Below, one piece after another: positions 37,680-46,295 of a stretch of DNA of 64,000 nt. The position numbers and the translations under genes were made by a program. The first letter of the stretch is position 1, and every line of letters begins with the position of its first letter. The stretch is from Sulfolobales archaeon (lineage in GTDB: Archaea; Thermoproteota; Thermoprotei_A; Sulfolobales; Desulfurococcaceae): contig JANXDZ010000006.1 of assembly GCA_025059075.1 (NCBI GenBank), forward strand, positions 1,169-65,168, written 5' to 3'. A model generated the notes under the pieces. It was not told the origin of the DNA and made no database searches. It saw only the letters and a program-made list of their open reading frames with translations.

Positions 37680-38921
37680 GTGAAGGCGTACTTAGTTGAC
37701 TCACTGATAGGAGTAGTAGCTCTTAGTGATGATGGAGAAGTCCTCGCATACTCCCTTGCTCCACGGAGTTTAGATGAACTAGTGGACTTCATTGAAGCCT
37801 TAGAAAGCGGTGTAGAAACACTTCAACATAAAGAAGTTATTGGAAAACTCAAGGAGCTTGGTGTAAGTGAAGTTGTTGTAGAAGTAGAGACTCTAGCTAA
37901 GGCAGCTAATGCCATCGGCCTTCGGGCATTTGTTGAAGCTGGCAATAGAGTTGCAGTAGCCTTTAGATCTCAGTTGCCTAACTACGCTGTTTCACTAGGC
38001 TTCGCCTCAAATCCCGAAGAGTATTGGGGGATAGTTCATGAAGCAACCCTTGAGGCCACTAGGAGGAAGCTTAGAAAGGAGGCTGGTAAGAGAGATCAGC
38101 TTGCAGTACAAGCCATAAGGGCTATTGATGATATAGATAAGACAATAAACTTATACATAGCTAGGCTAAGGGAGTGGTATAGTCTACACTTCCCAGAGCT
38201 CGATGAAGTAGTGAAGGAGCACGCTGATTACGCTAACATAGTTGCTAAACTAGGCTATAGAAGTAACATAGGCTTTGAACCACTAGTGAAAATAGGCTTT
38301 AGCAAGTCTAAAGCTGAAAAAATAGCTGAAGTAGCTGAAAAAAGCATTGGAGCTGATTTAAGTGATTTTGACGTAGAGAAAGTGCAGACTCTAGCGAATA
38401 TAATAATGGAGCTCTATAAGCTTAGATCAGAGCTCACAGATTACATAAGTGCAGTAATGAAGGAAGTAGCTCCAAACATTACAGCACTTGTAGGCCCCCT
38501 TCTTGGAGCCAGGTTACTCAGCCTAGCGGGAGGACTCGATGAATTAGCTAAACTACCTGCAAGCACTATACAAGTTCTTGGAGCTGAGAAAGCTTTATTT
38601 AGAGCTTTAAGAACTGGTGGAAAACCCCCTAAGCATGGAGTTATATTCCAGTTCCCAGAGATACATAAGGCTCCAAGGTGGCAGAGGGGGAAGATGGCTA
38701 GAGCTCTAGCAGCAAAGCTAGCTATAGCTGCTAAAATAGATCGCTTTACTGGCAGAGATGTTGGAGAGAAGTTGAAGAAGGAACTTGAGGAGAGAATAGA
38801 GGAAGTTAAGAAGCTTTATCCTAAGCCTCCTCCAAGAAAGGAGGCAGCTCTAAGAGAGACTAGAGAGAGTAGATCTAGAAAGCAGCCTAAAAAGAGGGGT
38901 AGTAGAGGAGAGGGGGTATAG
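37680..38921 (+). CDS. nop5: C/D box sRNP protein Nop5 (Nop56/58)
   Basis: Nop domain [23 protein letters not shown], coiled-coil middle, Lys/Arg-rich tail. GTG start. Upstream of fibrillarin, as in most archaea. Confidence 0.9.
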   Translation: MKAYLVDSLIGVVALSDDGEVLAYSLAPRSLDELVDFIEALESGVETLQHKEVIGKLKELGVSEVVVEVETLAKAANAIGLRAFVEAGNRVAVAFRSQLPNYAVSLGFASNPEEYWGIVHEATLEATRRKLRKEAGKRDQLAVQAIRAIDDIDKTINLYIARLREWYSLHFPELDEVVKEHADYANIVAKLGYRSNIGFEPLVKIGFSKSKAEKIAEVAEKSIGADLSDFDVEKVQTLANIIMELYKLRSELTDYISAVMKEVAPNITALVGPLLGARLLSLAGGLDELAKLPASTIQVLGAEKALFRALRTGGKPPKHGVIFQFPEIHKAPRWQRGKMARALAAKLAIAAKIDRFTGRDVGEKLKKELEERIEEVKKLYPKPPPRKEAALRETRESRSRKQPKKRGSRGEGV

Positions 38922-38926
38922 GCCTA

Positions 38927-39634
38927 TTGTCAGCTGTATCCTCAATTAGTCCTCATAAAAAATACCTAGGTGTATACGTAGTAGAGCTAGATGATGGAAC
39001 CGTAAGGTATGCGACTAAAAATTTAGCGCCAGGCTATAGAGTATATGGAGAGAGATTGTTTAGACATGGCGATGCTGAGTATAGGGAGTGGAATGCTTAT
39101 AGAAGTAAGCTATGTGCTGCACTATGGAATGGCTTAGATGAACTTCCAGTAAAGGAAGGAGACTTCGTGCTATATTTAGGTGCTGCAAGTGGCACAACTG
39201 CAAGCCATGTATCAGACATAGTTGGGCCAAGCGGCCGAGTCTATGGAGTTGAGTTTGCTCCAAGAGTTATGAGAGAGTTCATACTCGTAGTTGAGAGAAG
39301 GAAGAACATGTTCCCCATTCTAGCTGATGCTAGGAAGCCGCAGGATTATAGGCACATAGCTACTGCCGTAAATGGAATATATGCAGATGTAGCACAGCCA
39401 GAGCAAGCAGCACTTGTAGCAGACAACGCCGATTACTTCCTAAATGATGGCGGCTGGCTACTTCTAGCTATAAAAGCTAGAAGCATTGATGTAACTCAGG
39501 AACCGAGCGAAGTCTATAGAAAGGAGATAGAGACTCTGAAGAGCAGGGGGTTTGAAATAATTGACGTAGTTCATCTAGAGCCCTACGACAAGGATCATGC
39601 AATGGTTTATGCAAAGTACTTTAGGAGAAAGTGA
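38927..39634 (+). CDS. flpA: fibrillarin-like rRNA/tRNA 2'-O-methyltransferase
   Basis: [23 protein letters not shown] motif [20 protein letters not shown], and DVAQPEQA. Confidence 0.9.
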   Translation: MSAVSSISPHKKYLGVYVVELDDGTVRYATKNLAPGYRVYGERLFRHGDAEYREWNAYRSKLCAALWNGLDELPVKEGDFVLYLGAASGTTASHVSDIVGPSGRVYGVEFAPRVMREFILVVERRKNMFPILADARKPQDYRHIATAVNGIYADVAQPEQAALVADNADYFLNDGGWLLLAIKARSIDVTQEPSEVYRKEIETLKSRGFEIIDVVHLEPYDKDHAMVYAKYFRRK

Positions 39635-39689
39635 GATAAGTTAATTAAATATTTCCACGCAATATTCATAATGAGTATAGTGCGTTAAC

Positions 39690-40565
39690 ATGAGCTCCGA
39701 AGTAGATGAATTGCTTGAAGAAACTTATGAAGCCCTCAAGGCATTCTCAAGGAAAGTAGAGATAATAGACTACTCTATAAGGGGTAAAAAAGCCATAGAC
39801 ATAGCTTCATCTCTTAAAAGAGGAAATGTATTCATTAAGATAACTGCAGACTCCTACTACTTGGATAAAGATGATATAAGTGAATTAATTAAATCCTCAG
39901 CTGCCTATAGCTCGGCGCCTCTAGTAGTGAGCTCAAGAATCCATGGAAGGGAGCTTGAAGACGATGTAGTTTATGAAAGGGGAGGAATATACTTAGTGAA
40001 AGCTTATACTTTAAGAAGCATTTTAAGTGGGAAAGAAGTTTTCATATTAAATACTTGCGGCTCATACATCATTAAAATCAATGCCAAGAAGATTAAGGCA
40101 TTGAGGGAGGAACTTGGGTTAAGCCTTGGTGAGTTAGCTGATAGAGTTGGTGTTTCAAGAAAGGCTGTATATGAATATGAGAGAGGCAACATGCATGTAT
40201 CCATAGATACTGCTCTAAAACTGATCGAAGTTCTTGGAGAAGGAGTAATTGAACCCATAGATATATTTAGAGAGCATTTAATAATGAGCGAAGGTGCTGA
40301 AGCACCTCCAGATGTAAAACTTGAGGAGAAGATAATGAATGATTTAAGGAAAATGGAGTTTAGAGTTATACACTTAAAGAGAATGCCGGTAGACATCGTT
40401 GGCCGTAGAGATGATGGAACAGTTTCATTTGTAATAAAGCATACGTCAAGTTCAAGGAACTTTAATCAGAAGGTTGAGGAAGCAAGGAAGATAGCTAACA
40501 TAGCTAAAACTGAGTTAATTGTAGTTAAAGATGAAGAAATAGCAGATCTCACTCCTTTAAAGTAA
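39690..40565 (+). CDS. archaeal HTH (XRE/Cro-type) transcriptional regulator, COG1395-like
   Basis: Central LREELGLSLGELADRVGVSRKAVYEYERGNMHVSIDTALKLIEVLG is a canonical Cro/C1 HTH. 291 aa, with flanking domains as in COG1395. Confidence 0.7.
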   Translation: MSSEVDELLEETYEALKAFSRKVEIIDYSIRGKKAIDIASSLKRGNVFIKITADSYYLDKDDISELIKSSAAYSSAPLVVSSRIHGRELEDDVVYERGGIYLVKAYTLRSILSGKEVFILNTCGSYIIKINAKKIKALREELGLSLGELADRVGVSRKAVYEYERGNMHVSIDTALKLIEVLGEGVIEPIDIFREHLIMSEGAEAPPDVKLEEKIMNDLRKMEFRVIHLKRMPVDIVGRRDDGTVSFVIKHTSSSRNFNQKVEEARKIANIAKTELIVVKDEEIADLTPLK

Positions 40566-40598
40566 TAAAGCACTTTAGAAAATAGAGGAGTCATAGCT

Positions 40599-41168
40599 GT
40601 GTTAAACACTAGAACTAGGCCTCCTCAGTACGTTATAACTGGAAAACCTGGATCAGGAAAGTCAACTCTATTCAATAACATTATTAATCACCTTTTAGCG
40701 AATGGCTTCACAGTAGCAGGAATACATAGCCCTGAAGTAAGGAGTGGTGGAGTAAGAGTGGGCTTCAAGATAGTGGATCTTTGCAGCGGCAATGAGGCAT
40801 GGCTTGCTAAAACAAGTCTTTCTTCACGAATTAAGGTGGGGAAATACGGTGTTGCAGTAGATGAAGCACTAAAACTGTGGAGAAAAACACTTGAATCCAT
40901 TAGTAAAGCTGATGTTATTGGAGTGGATGAAGTTGGACCCATGGAGCTCTCCATACCTGGGTTTAAGAAAGATCTTTTAGAGAAAATTATTCCATCGGGA
41001 AAGCCATTCATAATAGTAGTTCATTATAGGCTGAAGGACCATGATATACTTACTGCTCTGAGAGCTGCTGCATTGATTACTGTAGATCAATTCAATAGAG
41101 GTAGATTGAATAGTGATTTACCACTAGAGGTAGTTAAAGCCGTTAGGGAATACTATGGGAGACGTTAA
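40599..41168 (+). CDS. nucleoside-triphosphatase, THEP1/COG1618 family
   Basis: Walker A ITGKPGSGKSTL and Walker B-like VIGVDEVGPMEL. 189 aa. Confidence 0.7.
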   Translation: MLNTRTRPPQYVITGKPGSGKSTLFNNIINHLLANGFTVAGIHSPEVRSGGVRVGFKIVDLCSGNEAWLAKTSLSSRIKVGKYGVAVDEALKLWRKTLESISKADVIGVDEVGPMELSIPGFKKDLLEKIIPSGKPFIIVVHYRLKDHDILTALRAAALITVDQFNRGRLNSDLPLEVVKAVREYYGRR

Positions 41169-42336
41169 GCTATACGAATGGGATACGATAGTTACTGAGG
41201 GCAAAGCTAGAATAATAGTTCCTAAACAAGAGTTCTTCCTGAGGAGCGATGGTGTTTATGAGCCAGCTTGGGCTCCAGTATTCTACAATCCAGTCATGGA
41301 GCACAATAGATCTTTAACAGTGCTATTGCTTACAGCTTTATTTAATGGAGGAGAGTTCTTCTTCATAGAGCCTCTTGCAGGAACGGGTGTAAGAAGCATT
41401 AGAATAGCTCTTGAGGCTGGAGGAGTAGGTATAGCAAATGATTTAGAGCCCCTCTCATATCGCTACATAACGAGAAACATAGCTTTAAACGACTTATGTA
41501 ATGTTATAGAGGCATATAACTATGATGCTAATTCACTTATGAATAACGTTAGAAATAGCAGCATTGTAGTAGACTTCATTGATTTAGATCCATATGGATC
41601 TCCAATGCCTTTCATAGAGGAAGCAGCTCACTCTATAGGGAGGGGGGGAGTAATTGCAGTAACTGCAACAGATACTGCTACGCTTAACTGCAATTACCCA
41701 GAGGCCTGTTACAGAAGATATGGAGCGTGGTGTAAGAGAGTTGACTTCTCAAAGGAAGCGGGGCTTAGGATACTTATTGGAAGTATAGTTAGAGCCTCTG
41801 CCGCCAAGGATGTGGCTTTAAAGCCCTTAATAGCGTACTACAAGGACTACTATTACAGAGTATTCTTTATGGCTGATAAGAGTGCTGGGAGGGCTGATGA
41901 ATTGCTTAAAAACATAGGTTACATCAAGTACGATGCACGTACGCTCAACCGCGAGTACTTAACTGACTCAGAGATGGTGAAGACTTATGAGAAGCATTTA
42001 ATTATAGGCCCCCTCTGGATAAGTGCGTTAATCGATGTAAGCATTATTGAGAAAACCATTACATCTGTAAATGAACGTGGATTGTCTGTAAACAACAAGA
42101 TCGTGGAGTTCCTGAGGGAACTATCTATGGAATATGAGATAAACACTCCATATTACAGATTGGATAAACTGTGTAAAATAGCTGGAGTGAATATGCCTCA
42201 AAGAAGTAAGATAATAGGAGCTCTTAAGGAACTTGGCTACAGAGCTTCAGCTACACACTTTGATCCAAGAGGAATTAGAACCAATGCCTCTCTCAATGAA
42301 ATATTGAGTGCGTTACAAAAGATCTCAGCTCAATAA
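41155..42336 (+). CDS. trm1: tRNA (guanine26-N2)-dimethyltransferase Trm1
   Basis: FYNPVMEHNRSL, EPLAGTGVRSIR, IDLDPYGSPMPF. Confidence 0.85.
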   Translation: MGDVKLYEWDTIVTEGKARIIVPKQEFFLRSDGVYEPAWAPVFYNPVMEHNRSLTVLLLTALFNGGEFFFIEPLAGTGVRSIRIALEAGGVGIANDLEPLSYRYITRNIALNDLCNVIEAYNYDANSLMNNVRNSSIVVDFIDLDPYGSPMPFIEEAAHSIGRGGVIAVTATDTATLNCNYPEACYRRYGAWCKRVDFSKEAGLRILIGSIVRASAAKDVALKPLIAYYKDYYYRVFFMADKSAGRADELLKNIGYIKYDARTLNREYLTDSEMVKTYEKHLIIGPLWISALIDVSIIEKTITSVNERGLSVNNKIVEFLRELSMEYEINTPYYRLDKLCKIAGVNMPQRSKIIGALKELGYRASATHFDPRGIRTNASLNEILSALQKISAQ

Positions 42337-42473
42337 CCGAAGATCAATCGTCTCATCCTCCTACATTAAATAAGTGGAGTGAAGAGAAAGCTCCAGCCTT
42401 ATTAGCGACGAATGCTTTATCTTAGTGGAGAATGGATGTATGTGAATAGCGTTGTAATAACGAAGGAGAGATC

Positions 42474-42854
42474 TTGATGGAAATAGTGGTAAGAGTTGAC
42501 ATAGGAAGATATAAGTACATAGACCTACCTTTAGAAAAGGCTATTGAATTCCTAGAAAGAATAGCTATAGTTAGAGGAACTACTCTTGACATTACTGAAT
42601 CACTTAGATACATTAGGAACTTTGATGAATTCTATGAGTATATGAAGAGAAAGTTTAAGGACTTTATATCTCCTCCAAAGGATCATAGGGAAATTATTGA
42701 AGGCTTAGTTGCTGTACAAAAACTAAAGCTTTATATAGTAAATGATGTAAAGATGGTTACATTAGTTATAGATAAAAGAGTGTGTGAAGACTTTCTACAC
42801 ACAATTTTAAAGGACATTGGATACACTAGCGTCTTGTTTAGAAAGGATGTATGA
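42474..42854 (+). CDS. hypothetical protein (126 aa)
   Basis: ORF only, with no family recognised. ATG at 42477 lies one codon after the TTG start. Confidence 0.4.
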   Translation: MMEIVVRVDIGRYKYIDLPLEKAIEFLERIAIVRGTTLDITESLRYIRNFDEFYEYMKRKFKDFISPPKDHREIIEGLVAVQKLKLYIVNDVKMVTLVIDKRVCEDFLHTILKDIGYTSVLFRKDV

Positions 42855-42882
42855 TTAAATAAGTTCCTTAAGGGATTTAAGC

Positions 42883-43095
42883 TCACTTCTTCTTTTTAGC
42901 AGGCTTTTTCCCTGCTTTCCTAGTCTTAGTTGTTCCTCTAAGGAAATCAATTAATTCTTCTAGTCGTATGTTTCCCTCAACATATTTTATCCATTTCTCA
43001 GTTCTATCTAAAAATGTTGAGAAAGTAGCTATTGAAAATGTTCTAGCACTGCTTTCCTCAGCAGCTTCAGTTTCCTCTACTTCCTCTTCTGTCAA
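42883..43095 (-). CDS. small protein with acidic N-terminus and Lys-rich C-tail (possible Rpo13-like)
   Basis: 70 aa: MTEEEVEETEAAEESS... helical core ...TKTRKAGKKPAKKKK. TTG start. The charge layout resembles the crenarchaeal RNAP subunit Rpo13, but this rests on composition and architecture only. Confidence 0.35.
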   Translation of the reverse strand: MTEEEVEETEAAEESSARTFSIATFSTFLDRTEKWIKYVEGNIRLEELIDFLRGTTKTRKAGKKPAKKKK

Positions 43096-43430
43096 AACTC
43101 TCTCACCAACCTAACTCACATAGACATTAGGAAAGCACTTAATAACTTTTAGTTATTAATGTAAGGGATCTTTGACTCACTTATTTATTTAAACAATACC
43201 TTCACTTTCTCCACTCTTTGAATGAAGAGCACTGATGATCAGTGGAAGAAGCTATGCGTGAACCATCATAGTCCTCCTATTGCAAACATGAATATGCCTC
43301 CCTTTGGAAGGCTCTTGGGTCGTTGTTTCAACGACTGTTTGCTGACATGCGTTAATGCAGAGTCCATGTAAATGTTACTATGGTAAATAAATAACTAAAT
43401 ATGTGTTATGTATAAGTAAGGGTAGCAACA

Positions 43431-46292
43431 ATGGCTGATTCAACAATTAACGATATACTTCCATCAATACCCATTAGGGATGTAATTGTAGATAGCTCTA
43501 CTGCTAAGTGTCTTGAAGAACTTGGGTATGAAAAGCTATCAGCTATTCAAGCTAAGGCATTTAAATACATTACATTGAACTACACTACAATCATAGTGGC
43601 TCCAACGGGCTCCGGTAAGACTGAGGCAGCATTGATTCCAGTAATGAACATCCTCTCAATGAAGAAGGCGAAACCTATTTCAGTAATATACGTAACTCCC
43701 CTGAGGGCTTTAAACAGAGATCTTGAGCTAAGGATCGGTAGATTAAGCACGTGTTTTGAATTAAGGGTTGCAGTGAGACACGGCGATACACCAGTATCTT
43801 TGAGAAAGAAGATTAAGGAAAGTCCTCCGCACATTTTACTTACTACCCCTGAATCATTTCAGTATATAGTTGCTGATGAAATCTATAGGAAGTACTTAAG
43901 TAACTTACACTACGTTGTCATAGATGAATTCAGGGAAATGATCTCAAGCAAGAGGGGGATGGAGCTTCTCTCAGCAATAAACATTGTTGAGAGAATTATT
44001 GGTAGAAGATTAGTAAAAGTATGTCTTACAGCTTCCCTAACCAACGTCCTTAAGGCTATAGAGCTTATAGATTCACCAACATATGTACAAGTAATTGAAT
44101 CAAGTGCTTCTAAAAGCGCACACATAAGTATTGAAACCCCAGGAAAGATCGTGGCAGAACGCAATGGACAAGAACTTGAGATATGGCTTGGGAAGTTAGT
44201 TGAAGGCCAACGTCATGCAATAATATTCACTAATACTAGGGATACAGCTGAAAACATAGCTTGGCACTTATCTAACTTAAGTAAACTCTATGGAAGAGTG
44301 AGCGTACACCACGGAAGCCTTTCAAAGGAGAGTAGAGTAAGTACTGAAAAAGCTTTTAGAGAAGGTAAGCTCAAGGCTGTTGTCGCAACGTCAAGCCTTG
44401 AATTAGGTATTGATGTAGGCCACATAGATTACGTAATACAATACATGTCCCCTAGACAAGCTGTAAGACTTATGCAGAGAATAGGGAGAAGCGTACATAG
44501 GATAACTGGTGTATCCAGAGGAGCCATAGTTACTACTAGGAACTTCTACGACATTCTTGAATCAATAGTATTAGCTGGAAGAACTCTCATGGGAATCCTT
44601 GAGAAAGAAGAAATCCCTGATAAACCTCTAGATGTTTTAGCACATCAAGTAGCATTAAGAGTTATGATGTCTCCAGGCATACGAAAAGCAGATCTTTACG
44701 TAGAGTTCCATTCATCGAGAGTCTTTCACGGATTAGACCTTGATTCATTTAATGAAGTCCTAGGGTTCTTAGAAGAACTTAAAGTAATAAGAGTAATTAA
44801 TGAAGAAATATATCCAGGCAGGAGACTTAAACAGTACTTCTATAGAGTAACAATGATACCTGAAGTAAAGGTAGCTAACGTAGTTGAACTAAGTACCGGT
44901 AAAGTAATAGGATCGCTTAACGAGGAGTTTATAGTCACAAGTCTAGAGGAAAATGCTACGTTTATACTTGCTGGAAGCTTATGGAGATTCATTGGATATG
45001 ATAGGGAGAGGGGGAAATTATACGTAGAGCCTGTTGAAGAGTCTTTTAAAGCACTTATACCCAGGTGGGAGGGTGAAAGTATACCTGTAGAACATAGTGT
45101 AGCTAGACATGCCGGTGCGTTCGTTAGAATGGCAATTAAAGAAGGCTTAGCAGAAGCCCTTAAGCGCTTTGGATTAAGCAATGTATACATAAGCTCTGAG
45201 TCAAGAGAGTATATTGAAGAAGTACTTAAAGAATTGAAGAAGAATAACATTACTCCAACAGATAACACAATTGTCGTTGAGTTAATGAAGGATCCTGGAG
45301 TAATAGTGTTATATGGCTTCTTCGGATCAAAGGTGGCTAACTTACTGAAGGAAATAGCTCTAAGTGTAGTCAGAAGGACTATAACTCCTAATTCACATGG
45401 ATATGCTACACCATATTACATAATCCTTGAGTTCGAGGATGTTCGTCCAACAATGAATCAAGTGAATGAGTTAATTAAAGAACTATCTTCAGTTGCTAAA
45501 AGCAGTGATTACGAAGACTTAATTAAGAGAGTTATTGAGAACAGCAGTGCTTACCTATGGAGAACTTTCTTCGTTGCTCAAAGATTCGGAGTAATAGATC
45601 CTGAGTCAAGAGTTAAAGTAACTAAAAGCATGTTGCAAAGGCTTTCGAAAACTATTATAGGCAAAGAAGCTCTTAAAGAAACTCTTCTTAGAGACTATGA
45701 TGTAGCCGATACAGTCAAGCTACTCAAGGATCTCGGGCGCCTCATCAACGTTAAGACCATCCTATGGACTCCGGAAAGGGAATACACCCTCTTTAGGGAA
45801 GCCATAAGTAGACTGCTCAGCAAGCCTGTAAAGTACTATTCAATAGATCTTTCAGCATATAAATCAAGGCTCCTGAGGAGAAGAGTATCACTGCTATGCC
45901 TACACTGTGGATACATCTGGAGAATGAAAGTTGAAGAAGTCATTAATTCAAAGAACATCATTTGTAAGAAATGCAATGCTACTTTAGTAGCAGTAATTAA
46001 AGGCGATGGCGCCCGCGAACAAGGAGTATTTACTAAGTTAAGGAATAGAAGTAGACTTTGTAAGAAGGAAAGAAGGATTATGGATGGCTTAATGCTTAGG
46101 GCTATGCTTACATCACGCTACGGCTCAACAGTGTCCTTAATAATTGCGGGAAGAGGTGTAGGGAATAGAGAAGCAATAAAGATCCTTAATGAGGCGAAAA
46201 GCGAGGAAGACACTATTAGAATGATATATGATGTAGAAAAGAGGTTCGTTAAAATAATGAAGTATATACCCAAGGTTAGTGGAGCTAGTTGA
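43431..46292 (+). CDS. Lhr-like large superfamily-2 helicase
   Basis: Motif I APTGSGKTEA, motif II VVIDEFRE, III LTASLT, V ATSSLELGIDVG, VI QRIGRSVH. The long C-terminal extension has a Zn ribbon CLHCGY...CKKCNA. 953 aa. Confidence 0.85.
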   Translation: MADSTINDILPSIPIRDVIVDSSTAKCLEELGYEKLSAIQAKAFKYITLNYTTIIVAPTGSGKTEAALIPVMNILSMKKAKPISVIYVTPLRALNRDLELRIGRLSTCFELRVAVRHGDTPVSLRKKIKESPPHILLTTPESFQYIVADEIYRKYLSNLHYVVIDEFREMISSKRGMELLSAINIVERIIGRRLVKVCLTASLTNVLKAIELIDSPTYVQVIESSASKSAHISIETPGKIVAERNGQELEIWLGKLVEGQRHAIIFTNTRDTAENIAWHLSNLSKLYGRVSVHHGSLSKESRVSTEKAFREGKLKAVVATSSLELGIDVGHIDYVIQYMSPRQAVRLMQRIGRSVHRITGVSRGAIVTTRNFYDILESIVLAGRTLMGILEKEEIPDKPLDVLAHQVALRVMMSPGIRKADLYVEFHSSRVFHGLDLDSFNEVLGFLEELKVIRVINEEIYPGRRLKQYFYRVTMIPEVKVANVVELSTGKVIGSLNEEFIVTSLEENATFILAGSLWRFIGYDRERGKLYVEPVEESFKALIPRWEGESIPVEHSVARHAGAFVRMAIKEGLAEALKRFGLSNVYISSESREYIEEVLKELKKNNITPTDNTIVVELMKDPGVIVLYGFFGSKVANLLKEIALSVVRRTITPNSHGYATPYYIILEFEDVRPTMNQVNELIKELSSVAKSSDYEDLIKRVIENSSAYLWRTFFVAQRFGVIDPESRVKVTKSMLQRLSKTIIGKEALKETLLRDYDVADTVKLLKDLGRLINVKTILWTPEREYTLFREAISRLLSKPVKYYSIDLSAYKSRLLRRRVSLLCLHCGYIWRMKVEEVINSKNIICKKCNATLVAVIKGDGAREQGVFTKLRNRSRLCKKERRIMDGLMLRAMLTSRYGSTVSLIIAGRGVGNREAIKILNEAKSEEDTIRMIYDVEKRFVKIMKYIPKVSGAS

Positions 46293-46295
46293 GCG

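Noticed and set aside
32876-42613. Antisense ORFs 32876..33085, 34083..34481, 36258..36476, 39060..39263, 40004..40396, 40688..41011 and 42422..42613
   Set aside because: They are shadow ORFs of eno, gatE, gatD, flpA, the HTH regulator, THEP1 and the 126-aa ORF. They have low-complexity Ser/Leu/Pro content.
43232-43344. UGAUGA ... CUGA pair as a C/D box sRNA
   Set aside because: The boxes are about 110 nt apart, roughly twice the archaeal C/D sRNA length, and I found no internal box pair.
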